A stretch of 64,000 bases of DNA, taken from positions 256,001 through 320,000 of the forward strand of contig CAVXVB010000008.1 of NCBI GenBank assembly GCA_963765205.1, in the 5' to 3' direction. Position numbers and translations under genes: made by a program. This document shows, piece by piece, positions 9,443 to 20,100 of this stretch. Origin of the DNA: an uncultured Verrucomicrobiae bacterium (GTDB lineage Bacteria; Verrucomicrobiota; Verrucomicrobiia; Opitutales; JABDGR01). Each line of letters begins with the position of its first letter. Positions within the stretch are counted from its first letter, which is position 1. Below the pieces are notes generated by a model that worked only from the letters and a program-made list of their open reading frames with translations, searched no databases and had not been told where the DNA came from.

Positions 9443-11413
9443 TCAGGGGTATTGTTTTTCCAAAAATTCTTCCATGTCCTGGGCGTTGGCGGGCAGCTCG
9501 GTGAGCATGGGGATGGCGGCCGGTTCGTTGGCGGGGCGTTCGGTAAGGAGGTAATCGGTGCCGGTGGGCGGGTTGTAATCGCCGCCCAAGCCTTCCTTGA
9601 TGGCCTGGGTGTCCTGTTTCAATTCGCCGCGGAGGACCACTTTGCCGGGGGGTTTGGTGCCGTCGTAGCCGATGACTTTGCTGATGCGGAGGTGATAGGT
9701 GGTGTCGGTGGAAAATTCGATCATGGGCTTGAGGAGGAAGCGCTGGTCGAGCCGGGCGGAGGGGAATTCAACCCAGGCATTCAGGGGGCCGTTGAGCATG
9801 TATTCCTGAATGACCCAGACCTCGCGGTAAAGGCCGAGGGGGACGACGTTGACGACCTTAAGGGGTTCGGTGTTGGCGATGCTGATGGGCAGGCAGGGCT
9901 GGCCATAGAGGGCGAACAGGACGGAGGCGCGGGTGACGATGAGGACCCCGTTGTCCGCGTGTTTTTGCACATAATCACGCGCCCAGCGGTAGGAGGTATA
10001 GGTCTGGTGGTCGTTGGTCATGTAGGCTTCGGAGGAGACGGGGGCGGCGGCGGCGACAGCGTAGAGGGCGGTACCGCCAATCACCCAAGCAGGCAGCGTC
10101 CGCCCGCGCAGGCCGCGCGCGAGGATGAACATGGCGCTGAGCGCAAAGGCGGTTTGCAGCGGGAGCGAGAAGCGGGCCACGAGGGGCGAATCCCACTGGC
10201 CCCAGAAGGACAACTGAGAAATTGCGGTTTCGGCGAGCGCGCCAAGCAGCACGAGGAGCAGGGGCAGCTCCGGTCCAGTCTCGCGCCACAGTTTTGGGAG
10301 CCGGCGCAGAATCCACACCAGGGTCAACAGCAGCGTGACCGTGCCAACCACGGAAAGCAGGATCGAGTTGTTGGAGTGGAAATCGGGCATGTAGAGGAAG
10401 AGGCCGGCGTGGACCAGATTGTCGGGGACGTGCGCGAGGTTCAAAAAATTGCCGGCATCGGTCTGGAAAAAGTGATTGTCGCCGTTCGACCAGAAAATCT
10501 GGTTGATGAGGAGGGGTGGCAGCGCCAGCGGCGGCGAGAGCGCGGCGAAGAGGGTGAGGCTGAAGCGGCCTTCGCGGGCCCATTTGACGAGCGCGAGGAG
10601 CACGACGACACCCAAAAAGAGAAGCGATTCATACCGGCAATTGGCGAGAAGGAGGCCGGCGAGGATGCAAAGGTCGAGGCCGCCGGTGCCGGGCTGGCGC
10701 CAATAATTCCAGGCGGCGATTAGAAACACTGCGAGGGCGGTGATGTTGAGAAGGTCGAAGCCGCCGCCGGTGGCGTTTTGTGCGAGCAGGGGCAGGCCGC
10801 CGAGCAGCAACTGCCCGAAACAGCCCACGCGCCACCCGCCGAGGGCCGCGCCGATGCCGTAGACCAGCATCAGCAGCACAAATCCCAGGAGGCCATTGAC
10901 GACAAAGGAATTCTCGGGGCGGAAACCGGTCAAGTCATGGACGACCGACACGAGAAAGGGGAACAGGAGCGGGCGCTTGTCCACGTCGCGGAAGAGGGTG
11001 GTGAGGTGGCCGTTGGAATAGTGGGCGTAGGCGTCGTAAGCGCCCTGGCGTTCGTAGTGCATGACGCGGGCGATGGCGCCGAGGACGTGTTCGTCAAAGA
11101 GCACCTTGAAATCGTGGGGTTCATGCACTTGCCAGAAAACCGCGATGAGCACGCCCGCGAGGAGGCCGGGCCAGTGCGGGCGCAAGGCGGCCCAGCCGGG
11201 CCAGTGCGCGCGGAGTTCCTCGCGCGCGGCAAGGACAAAGAGCACGGAGGTAAGCAGCAGCAGCCAGTAGCCGCCGTAACGCGTGGCGGCGGTGGAAACA
11301 GGGGTGCTGGCCAGGAAGAGGCGATAGCCCAGCACGGCCGCAGCCAGGCCCACGGCGGTGAGCAGGCGCCAGCGGGTGGCGCGGTCGTGGCTGAAATAAA
11401 AGCGGGCGATCAT
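9443..11413 (-). CDS. Multi-pass membrane protein, GT-C (ArnT/PMT-like) glycosyltransferase
   Basis: More than 10 hydrophobic segments; FDE acidic motif in an N-terminal loop, KRPLLFPFL and RYES; soluble C-terminus. Confidence 0.65.
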   Translation of the reverse strand: MIARFYFSHDRATRWRLLTAVGLAAAVLGYRLFLASTPVSTAATRYGGYWLLLLTSVLFVLAAREELRAHWPGWAALRPHWPGLLAGVLIAVFWQVHEPHDFKVLFDEHVLGAIARVMHYERQGAYDAYAHYSNGHLTTLFRDVDKRPLLFPFLVSVVHDLTGFRPENSFVVNGLLGFVLLMLVYGIGAALGGWRVGCFGQLLLGGLPLLAQNATGGGFDLLNITALAVFLIAAWNYWRQPGTGGLDLCILAGLLLANCRYESLLFLGVVVLLALVKWAREGRFSLTLFAALSPPLALPPLLINQIFWSNGDNHFFQTDAGNFLNLAHVPDNLVHAGLFLYMPDFHSNNSILLSVVGTVTLLLTLVWILRRLPKLWRETGPELPLLLVLLGALAETAISQLSFWGQWDSPLVARFSLPLQTAFALSAMFILARGLRGRTLPAWVIGGTALYAVAAAAPVSSEAYMTNDHQTYTSYRWARDYVQKHADNGVLIVTRASVLFALYGQPCLPISIANTEPLKVVNVVPLGLYREVWVIQEYMLNGPLNAWVEFPSARLDQRFLLKPMIEFSTDTTYHLRISKVIGYDGTKPPGKVVLRGELKQDTQAIKEGLGGDYNPPTGTDYLLTERPANEPAAIPMLTELPANAQDMEEFLEKQYP

Positions 11414-11504
11414 GTCGGCGGCAGGCGAAAGCAAACCCGCGCGGCCGCCGCGCCCGGGAGGGGCGGAGCGGCGCGCGCCGGTTCAGGTTTAGCAAAGCTC
11501 GCAC

Positions 11505-11545
11505 AAAAAGAAAAGCCGTTTCCCCGCGAGGGAAAACGGCTTTTC
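11505..11545 (-). terminator. Intrinsic terminator of pilin 1
   Basis: gaaaagccgtttcccc-gcga-gggaaaacggcttttc hairpin followed by a U-run on the minus strand. Confidence 0.85.
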
Positions 11546-11561
11546 AGAAGGCACCGCGTGC

Positions 11562-11921
11562 TTACATGGAGTAAGTAATCGTGCCCAAGGAGGCGGAGGA
11601 GAGCGTAACCTGGCTCTGACCATTGACGATCAGAATGCCGGTATAAACTTCGTCCACGACCGGGTTGACGACGTGCAGGTAGTTGTCCGTGCCGGTGCCG
11701 ACGATGTCGGTGAAGCCAGCCTGAGTGGAACTCTTCTCCATCATATACGATTGCGCGGCGTTCGCGATCTGGCGCAGATTGTTCGTCACGGCTTTGAGGC
11801 GGGACTGCTGGCGCACTTTGGCAAACGCGGGAATGGCCATCGCAGCCAGGAGGCCGATGATAACCACGACGATCATAATTTCCACGAGGGTGAAGCCCTT
11901 GCGAGCATTTTTATTATTCAT
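11562..11921 (-). CDS. Type IV pilin, paralog 1
   Basis: Prepilin cleavage G|FTLVE followed by a hydrophobic helix. Confidence 0.95.
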   Translation of the reverse strand: MNNKNARKGFTLVEIMIVVVIIGLLAAMAIPAFAKVRQQSRLKAVTNNLRQIANAAQSYMMEKSSTQAGFTDIVGTGTDNYLHVVNPVVDEVYTGILIVNGQSQVTLSSASLGTITYSM

Positions 11922-11978
11922 GATATTCCTAATAGGATTGATGTTTAAACATCCAGCCAGAGCGGCCGGACTGAGCGA

Positions 11979-12007
11979 AATATAGACCGAATTATTCCCG
12001 TTGACAA
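11979..12007 (-). promoter_or_regulatory. Putative sigma70 promoter of pilin 1
   Basis: TTGTCA-N17-TATATT on the minus strand with an AT-rich upstream tract. Confidence 0.6.
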
Positions 12008-12234
12008 GTATAATTATTTTTTGAAGATTTTTTAACAGTTCTCCTATTTATTGGCCCGCAAGGAGTTGGGAAATACCCGGATTTTGGCAGGGAAAGGGAA
12101 ATCCTGTAGAGCGGGGTATGGGAGGGAGGAAGACGGGGTTAATACCTTATAATTAACCTGACGATATTTCCAAGATAAGAGTGGTTGCATAAGCGCCATC
12201 ACGCGCACCGCAGGGGCCCCCGGCGGGCGGGCGC

Positions 12235-12269
12235 AAAAAAGCCGTTTCCCCGCGAAAGGAAACGGCTTT
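12235..12269 (-). terminator. Intrinsic terminator of pilin 2 (homologous to that of pilin 1)
   Basis: aaagccgtttcc...ggaaacggcttt hairpin plus U-run. Confidence 0.85.
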
Positions 12270-12289
12270 GTTGGAGAGGCACACGGTGC

Positions 12290-12658
12290 TTACATGGAGT
12301 AAGTAATCGTGCCGAGGGAGGCCGAGGTGATGGTCGCCTGGCTCTGCCCGTTGATAAACAACTGGTCGGTGTATTCCTCGTCCACCACCGGGGTGATGAC
12401 GTGGAGGTAGTTGTCCGTGCCGGTGCCGACGATGTCGGTGTAGCCGGCCTGGGTCGCGCTTTTTTCCATCATATAGGACTGCGCGGCGTTGGCGAGCTGG
12501 CGCAGGTTATTGGTGACGGCTTTGATGCGGGATTGCTGGCGGACTTTGGCGAACGCGGGAATGGCCATCGCGGCCAGGAGGCCGATGATGACCACGACGA
12601 TCATAATTTCCACGAGGGTGAAGCCCTTGCGATTAGATTGATTATTCATGATATTCAT
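12290..12658 (-). CDS. Type IV pilin, paralog 2 (start may be 12649)
   Basis: G|FTLVE motif; 14 differences from paralog 1 across the mature chain. Confidence 0.95.
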   Translation of the reverse strand: MNIMNNQSNRKGFTLVEIMIVVVIIGLLAAMAIPAFAKVRQQSRIKAVTNNLRQLANAAQSYMMEKSATQAGYTDIVGTGTDNYLHVITPVVDEEYTDQLFINGQSQATITSASLGTITYSM

Positions 12659-12743
12659 ATGATGTTTGATTATGAGAACATTATGGCAAGATTTGCGAAA
12701 AGACTGCGCCTAACGGGAGACGCGGGTTCGCTAATTAAGGGGA

Positions 12744-12759
12744 AGCAAATCATGCGCCA
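12744..12759 (-). promoter_or_regulatory. Putative sigma54 (-24/-12) promoter of pilin 2
   Basis: TGGCGC-ATGAT-TTGCT, matching TGGCAC-N5-TTGC with exact spacing, about 85 nt upstream of the start. Confidence 0.75.
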
Positions 12760-13336
12760 TTCCCTTCGGCAAGGTTTTTTTCGCTGGAAACCTAATTTTA
12801 ACTAAACGTTTAATTCGTCCATGTGCGTTAGGATTGCATTAAGGAAATATTAAGAAATTCGGATTTTGATTGTAATCCGGCCTCCACCCGTCAGACGTGA
12901 AACCTAAGGAGGGCCGAGCCTTTAGGCACGCAAAACGGGCGTCGGGTATTGGCCCCAAACCAACATCCAGGAAAAGTCTTCAGCAGCCGCTTTCAAAAAA
13001 TTTCTGCTTTTCAATGCCGCTGCGTTTATGCGCGCACGACCTAGTGGCTTCCATTAGCGGAAAACGCCCGCGGATATTCATTAAGACGACCCCAAGTTAT
13101 CGTCAAGCGTCTGGCCATGGCGCTTGGAAACACCCAAGAATGCCTGCATCGCGTAATTACTCGCGCCGCAGGATGCAGATGAATGCGTGGTCTGGCCGGG
13201 TTCCAAAAAGCCGTCCCCCCGGCGCATGTTTAAGTCTGATTGGTGAAGGCCAAGCGAATCCATGCAGTCGGGTACTTACCCTAGTTTTTCATCAAAGTCG
13301 AGCTTTGAATGCCGGCGTCCGCCCTTTTTAGGGGAG

Positions 13337-14387
13337 TCAGGCGCGCGCGGGCCGGCCATTGCCGCCAACGACGCGGGCGAACACCATCTTGCCGCCGGCC
13401 GAGGGACCACGTTCACCACCTCGACGTTCACTTCGCGGCCGATTTGCTTTTCCGCTTCATTAACGACCACCATGGAGCCGTCGCCCAGGTAGCCGACGGC
13501 CTGGCCGGCTTCCTTGCCGGGTTTGACGAGGTCAATGGAAAAGCAATCGCCAACCGTGACCTCGGGGTGCAGCGCGCGCGCGAGTTTGTTGAGGTTGAGC
13601 CATTCGACGTCATGGAACTCCGCGAGTTTGGCGAGGTTGTAATCGGTGGTGAGCAGGCGGGCCTTGAGGCTGCGGGCAACGAAGATGAGTTTGTCATCCA
13701 TCTGTTGCCGATTTTCGAGGGTGACATCGTGGACGCGCAGTTCGAGGCCGGGGACGCGGCGCAGTTCGTTGAGCACTTCGAGGCCGCGGCGGCCGCGGCT
13801 CTGGCGTTGCGGGTCGGACGAGTCGGCGACGCGGTTGAGTTCCTCGATCACAAACCGCGGCACAACCAGCGCGCCGCCCAGGAAGTGGCTCTGGCACACG
13901 CCAAGAACGCGCCCATCAATCAGCGCGCTAGCGTCGGCCACGACGAGCGGACTGGCGACTTCCTGCGGGACGAAGCGGACGTAGGGGATGACAAGGTTGA
14001 AATCATCGCGTCCGCGCAGGGCCATAACCGTGGTGAGATAAAGCGTCACCACAAAGAGGACGACGCGGACCGGAAGAGCATGAGGAGACGGTCTTGGTAG
14101 TTGGGGTCGGCGGAATTAACGTCAAAAAAGGGCGAGTGACTGATGATGGAGGCGACGAGCACGCCCATGACCAAGCCGAAAGTGACCGCCGTAAGGGAGC
14201 GGAGGGAAAAGCCTTTTAGGAAAATATCCACCAAAATGGTCAGGGCGCCGATGCCGCCGCCGATGGTCAAAAACAGCCATAAATCCCGGCGGTCCGCATT
14301 AATGCCTTGGGCCCACCAGACAAGCCAGCCGCCAAGGAGGCAGAGGACGAAGAACGACGCGCGGATAATTTGGAGGGTGCGGTTCAT
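13337..14387 (-). pseudogene. PIN/TRAM-domain membrane protein (YacL-like) with two frameshifts
   Basis: DASALIDGR, TTDYNL and GKE.GQAVGYL.DGSMVVV motifs; frame breaks near 14070 and 13405; restored end reads PSAGGKMVFAR with stop at 13337. Confidence 0.8.
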
Positions 14388-14450
14388 GGCGCAGGCGGAA
14401 GGCGCCTGAAAGGAGAAGGGCGGCGCGGAAGGAACGTGATGCTTATCACC

Positions 14451-14648
14451 TTAGCGACTGCGATTCAAGAGCCACCAGGCGACGAAGGGTGCGATAATAA
14501 AAACCCCCATGATGATGAACAAGATTAATTGCGCGCGGAAGGCGAGGTCCTGCTCCGCGGGAGTAAGCTCGCGTGGCGGCGGGCGGTCATAATCGTCCGC
14601 GAACTCGTCGGGCGGGTCCTCCTCTGGCATAGGCGGTTGATCGGGCAT
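14451..14648 (-). CDS. Small acidic protein with a C-terminal TM helix
   Basis: 65 aa, single hydrophobic helix. Confidence 0.55.
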   Translation of the reverse strand: MPDQPPMPEEDPPDEFADDYDRPPPRELTPAEQDLAFRAQLILFIIMGVFIIAPFVAWWLLNRSR

Positions 14649-14789
14649 GGCGGTTATCCTGCGGAGACAAGAGCGTAGTTGGCAAGCTTAGAGCATTTTT
14701 CCGTTTGGCTGGGTGGCGGGCCTGCCGGGGCGGCGTTACTGTCCCAAATAATAAAACAGAACAGTGGACGGCCCAAGAATCGTTTTTAC

Positions 14790-16151
14790 TCAAGTAAGGA
14801 GCAGGCCCAATCCCACTAGCGAAGCGCCACCCAGAACCCCTGCGGCAAACAAATCTCGCGCGGGGATGCTAGTGGGGAGGATTTCGCGCAGGCCATAGGC
14901 CGCGAACCAAAACAGAAAAGGCAGGCGCGCGTAAAGATACCGCGCGTCGAGGTAAACCAGCGCGTGCAGCGCCCAGAGGGCGAGAAAGAGCGAGCCGGCG
15001 AGCACGATGACGCGATTCCGCCGCCAGCAGCCGATGAGCAGCCCCACCGCGGCGAGCAAATGGAGCGCGGCGCTCATGTAAATGAAATACCGCACGGGCG
15101 GCGCGTCCGGCGGGGGCGATTTATCCGCGAACTGGTAAAACTGGAACTCGCGGAGGACACGGCGTGAATCGCCCGTCCAAAAGAAAACGAGGTTATGGGC
15201 CACATTTTGAAAATATACGGCGGGTTGCGCGCGGAATTGTGACGCCGCGAGCGAAGACAAGGCGGCGTCCACGGGTATCGGCTGTTGCTGAAAAATATCG
15301 GGGTTGTGAGCCGCGGGACCCAGCCGGGCCGCCAGCGCCGACGCGCCGCGTTGCTGCCACAGCGGCACCCAGGGAAAATTATCGGAATCCGGATGCAGGT
15401 CCGTTACGGTCATGGGCCAGAAGGCCGCCCCGGTTTGGGCGTTGACGGGGATGAAGCGGCTGGTGCGCTGGAAATTGCCAATGGTCCGCGGAGCGAGGGT
15501 GAGGGCCATTGCGGCGGTGAAGGCGGCCCAGGCGAGCCAGCGCTCCCGTGGCGTCCCCGGGCGCAACCAGCCCAAAGCCAGCGCGATCGTGGCGGGAAAC
15601 AGGAGGGTGACTGGCCGGGTGAGCGTCGCCAGGCCGACCACCACACCGGCCACCCAAGCCCAGCGCAGCGACGGGCGCTCCCGGTCGAACGCGAGCACCA
15701 CGCCAAGAGTCGAGAGCGCGAGCAAGCTAATATGGAGCATATCGTAATGCACATAGCCGACCAGCACCACGGCCAGGGGATGACACACGAAGGCCAGCGC
15801 GAGCAGAAAGGCGGCCGATTCCTCGAGGAAACGCCGGGCGATCAGAAAGACCGCAACCGTGCCGAGGCCGAGCACTAGCGCCTGCGCGAAATAAATGGCG
15901 CGAAAATCCACCAGGTCCAACCCGCCGGAGAACGTGCCGACGAGCCGTAAAAATGCCACATAACCCGGCGGACGGAGTAGGGACGAATCGCCGACGGGAG
16001 CCCGCGCCAGCTCGAGATACTCCTCGGCTTGGTGCCGGGCAAGCGGCACCCAAACCAGCGCCACGAGCATGGAGACGAGCAGCGGCGTCAAAAAACAAAC
16101 CACCAACCGGGCGGTCAGCGCGCGGGGTTGCGTCGAAAAAGATGGCGGCAC
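14790..16151 (-). CDS. Multi-pass GT-C (ArnT/GT39-like) glycosyltransferase
   Basis: RPPGY, LATLTRP and ARYLY patterns; many TM helices. Confidence 0.7.
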   Translation of the reverse strand: MPPSFSTQPRALTARLVVCFLTPLLVSMLVALVWVPLARHQAEEYLELARAPVGDSSLLRPPGYVAFLRLVGTFSGGLDLVDFRAIYFAQALVLGLGTVAVFLIARRFLEESAAFLLALAFVCHPLAVVLVGYVHYDMLHISLLALSTLGVVLAFDRERPSLRWAWVAGVVVGLATLTRPVTLLFPATIALALGWLRPGTPRERWLAWAAFTAAMALTLAPRTIGNFQRTSRFIPVNAQTGAAFWPMTVTDLHPDSDNFPWVPLWQQRGASALAARLGPAAHNPDIFQQQPIPVDAALSSLAASQFRAQPAVYFQNVAHNLVFFWTGDSRRVLREFQFYQFADKSPPPDAPPVRYFIYMSAALHLLAAVGLLIGCWRRNRVIVLAGSLFLALWALHALVYLDARYLYARLPFLFWFAAYGLREILPTSIPARDLFAAGVLGGASLVGLGLLLT

Positions 16152-16328
16152 AATTTGCAGGGAAAAGGCAGTTTACCGCTGGTGCGCGGCCCGGCGAGCC
16201 GTTTCCGACGCCGGTTCCAGGCCCGAAAAGGGCCGCCTGACGGGGCCAGGGAGCAGATCCGGCGTTAAGTCTTGTCGTTGTCGGTGGTAGTATGATTTGA
16301 AGGATGGGCGTTGCCCCCATCTCCATTC

Positions 16329-17102
16329 ATGCCCGACATCGGCCAGCACAATCTTGAAATCCACGAGAACCGCGTGGCGTGGGAACGCAAACCGGCGTTG
16401 CGCCGAATTTACCGTGGTTTCTACGAGGAAATCGCCGCGGCGCTGCCGCACGAGGCGCGCGGGTTGACGGTCGAGCTCGGCTCGGGCATGGGCAACATCA
16501 AGGAAGTGCTGCCGGAGTGCATCACGACCGACTTGTTTCCGAACCCGTGGCTGGACCGCGTCGAGAACGCCTACGCGCTGAGTTTCGCGGCGCAATCGGT
16601 GGCGAACCTCATCCTGTTTGACGTGTGGCACCACTTGCAATACCCGGGCGCGGCGCTGCGCGAGTTCCGCCGCGTGCTGGCGCCCGGCGGCGCGGTGGTG
16701 CTGTTCGAGCCGGCGATGGGCGGGCTAGGCCGCGTGGCTTACGGGGCGTTCCATCACGAACCGTTGGGGCTGGGGAAATCCATCGCGTGGGAGATTCCGG
16801 AAAATTTCGACCCGGCGGCGCAGACTTATTACGCCGCGCAGGGCAATTGCTGGCGGCTGGCGCGGCAGATCATGACGCGGCCCGCGGGGGCGCGCCCGGC
16901 CGCGCTGGCGGACTGGGAAATGACGCAGGTGCGATATTTTCCCGCGCTCGCCTACCTGCTCAGCGGCGGATTTCGCCGGCCGCAGCTTTTTCCAGATTTT
17001 GCTCAACCAGCGGTCCAAGCCGTGGAAAAACTGCTGGCACCATGGCCCGCGCTGACGGCGGTGCGGATGCTGGTGGTCTTGCGCCCGCGTGAAGCGGCCT
17101 AG
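16329..17102 (+). CDS. Class I SAM-dependent methyltransferase
   Basis: VELGSGMG, DVWHH and RVLAPGG motifs. Confidence 0.85.
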   Translation: MPDIGQHNLEIHENRVAWERKPALRRIYRGFYEEIAAALPHEARGLTVELGSGMGNIKEVLPECITTDLFPNPWLDRVENAYALSFAAQSVANLILFDVWHHLQYPGAALREFRRVLAPGGAVVLFEPAMGGLGRVAYGAFHHEPLGLGKSIAWEIPENFDPAAQTYYAAQGNCWRLARQIMTRPAGARPAALADWEMTQVRYFPALAYLLSGGFRRPQLFPDFAQPAVQAVEKLLAPWPALTAVRMLVVLRPREAA

Positions 17103-17124
17103 GTTTATACTCCCCCACCCCATC

Positions 17125-20100
17125 ATGACTACCTCAAAGTTCGTCCGGTACCTCTTTGTCCCGGCTCTCGTGTTCCTGCCCTTGGCGAATGCTTTCGCGG
17201 CCGATGGTTCGGCCGCCGTGGCCGGGGCTGTTCTGGCGGCGAACGGCCAGCCGGTGACGCTTTCCACCGGTTGGTTGATGCAAGACGCCGCCCAAGTCAA
17301 GGAAGCAGGCGGGGCCATCTCCCACGTTGGCTATGCGACGCCGGTTTATGTTCCGGTGGATTATGCGCCGCCGGCGAGTGCGAGCGCCAATCCGCCGACG
17401 GCGAATGTCATCCCCCTGGAAGAGAGAACCGCCCGGGCCGGCGGAGCCAATCGGGGCGGGGCCAACGGCGGGACTGCCGGGCGGAACGGGCGGGGGAATT
17501 CGGGCTTGAATGATTTGGAGCCCAAAGCCGCGGCGATGCAGGGCGCTTCGTTGTGGGTGATCAATGCGGAGGCGAATCGGCCGAGTTTTTCCTCCGATTG
17601 GCAGCAAGCCCCCGCCCCGCCGGCCAAAGCGTGGTATAAAGCCACCGTGCCCGGCACGGTGCTGACGACCTTGGTGGACAATAAAATCTACCCGGATCCG
17701 CTCTATGGGGAAAACAACCGCCCGAATATCATCCCGGAGAGTCTCTGCCGCACATCGTATTGGTATCGCAATGAATTCACCGTGCCCGCCAGTTATGCCG
17801 GCCATGAGGTGTGGTTGAATTTTGACGGCATCAATTATGTGGCGGAGGTCTGGGTGAACGGGACCAAGGTGGGCAAGATCGCGGGCGCGTTCATGCGCGG
17901 GAATTTTCCCATTACGGCTTACGTCAAACCGGGCGAAAAAGCCGCTGTGGCGGTATTGATTGAGCCGCCGCCGCATCCGGGCGACCCGTGGGAAAAAACG
18001 GTGGCCAACCAACGCGGCCCCAACGGCGGCGGCGTCTCGGGGCAATTGGGGCGGGATGGGCCGACTTTCGTTGCGTCGGTGGGTTGGGACTGGGTGCCGG
18101 GGATCCGCGACCGCCAAATGGGCATCTGGCAGCCAGTAACGTTATCAGCCACCGGGCCGGTGCTCGTGCAAAATCCCTATGTGGTCACGACGCTGCCCCA
18201 ACTGCCGAGCACCGCGACGGCCGAGGTCAGCATTGAGGCCACCTTGCAGAACACGTCCGACACCGCGCAAACGGGGGTCTTCGCCGGGCGGCTGGACGAC
18301 ATCGCCTTTCATTCGGAGACCATCATAATTGCGCCGCACGGCGCGCAAGTGGTGAAGCTCAACCCGGCGACCAATCCGGAATTGCGATTGAGCAACCCCA
18401 AGCTTTGGTGGCCCAACGGAATGGGCGAGCCGAATCTGCACCCGCTGCGGCTGAGCTTTGCGATGAATGGCGCGATCTCCGACGCAAAGGAGATCAACAT
18501 CGGCATCCGGCAGGTCAGTTACTTCGTGGATGGCTCAAACAACCTGACCCTCAGCGTGAATGGTGTGCGCGTGTATGCCAAGGGGGGCGATTGGGGCATG
18601 GATGACGCGATGAAGCGCATTCCGGCCGAACGATTGGACACGCTGGTGCGCCTGCACAAGGAGGCCAACCTGAACATCATCCGCAACTGGGTCGGCCAAA
18701 GCACGAGCGAGAATTTTTTCGCCGCGTGCGACAAATATGGCATCATGGTGTGGGATGAGTTTTTCGAGGCCAATCCCAACAACGGGCGGGATCCGGATGA
18801 TCCAGGCCTCTACCTTGCGAACGTGCGCGACACGGTGCTGCGCTACCGCAACCACCCGTGCATTGTCATCTGGTGCGGGCGCAATGAAGGCCCGCCCTCC
18901 CCCGCCGCCATTGCGGACGGCAATGTTAAGATTCTGCAGGAACTCGATCCGCCGCGTTTTTATCAAGCCAGCTCGACTGCGGGCAACGGCGTCATTTCGG
19001 GCGGGCCTTATGGCTGGCAACTGCCGCGCTCGTATTATGGCTCCGGGCTGAACCAAGCATTCAAAACTGAAATCGGCAGCGCGTCCATCCCCACGCTGGA
19101 GGCGATCCAGGCGTGGATGCCGGAAAAGGATTGGTTCGACCAAAACTTCCCGAATGACGACTGGGCGGAGCACGACTTGGTCAACGGCGCGGGCAACCCG
19201 GCCGATAGCGCGCTGCAAAACGTCCTCCGGCAGCGTTATGGGCCGTATGCGAGCCTGGCCGAGTTTGTGCGCAAAGCGCAAATGGCCGACTATGAGACTT
19301 ACCGGGCGATGTATGAATCGCATCTGTCGAAAATGTTCGCGCCCTCGACGGCGCTGATGACCTGGATGAGCAACCCGGCGCAACCGTGCCTGGTGTGGCA
19401 AATTTACGATTACTCGCTGGAGCCGTTTGCTTCCTATTTTGCCGTGCAAAAGGCGTGCGAGCCGGTGCATGTGATGATGACGCAGGACAAGTTTCACCTG
19501 ATGCTGGTGAACAGCACTGCGGCGGCGCTTAATGGCCTCGCGGCCCGGATTCAGATTTATAATACAGATGGCGCGAAAAAATATGATCAGACGATGGCGG
19601 TCAGCGCGGCGGCTTCGGCGGCGACGGACTGGGGCGCGATTCCATTCCCAGCCGATGTCTCGCCGGTGCATTTCGTCAAACTTGAGCTGCGTGATTCCGC
19701 GGGCCAGTTGATTTCGGACAATTTTTATTGGCGGGAGACCAAGCAGGATGATTTTACCGCACTGGACACCATGCCCAACGTCACACTCGAGGCCCACTTG
19801 GTCCGGCACGACGCCGGGGACAATGTCCTGCTCGACGTAACCCTGACCAATCCCACCCAGCAGGTCGCCGTCATGGCCCATGTGCAGTTGCGCAACCAAC
19901 GCACGAACGAGCGTGTGCTGCCCGCCTTCTATTCGGAGAACTACGTTTCCTTTTTGCCCGGGGAAAGTAAAACCATCACCCTCGAGGCGGCGGCCAGCGC
20001 GCTGGGGCAAGATGAGCCGCGGGTCGTGGTGGATGGCTGGAATGTTTCCGTCAAGCCGGCGGTCCTGGCCGGCCAGGGCGGCGCGACCATCAGCCCCAAC

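Noticed and set aside
7794..9554. 586-aa plus-strand ORF starting with M23-like residues
   Set aside because: Only the first ~25 codons reflect the duplicated fragment; the rest is antisense to the GT2 gene
11562..12658. DGR or silent-cassette (pilS-like) interpretation of the pilin pair
   Set aside because: Both copies are full-length with promoters, differences are not adenine-specific and no reverse transcriptase is present
12897..13331. 144-aa ORF upstream of the pilins
   Set aside because: No motifs and atypical composition; more likely regulatory DNA
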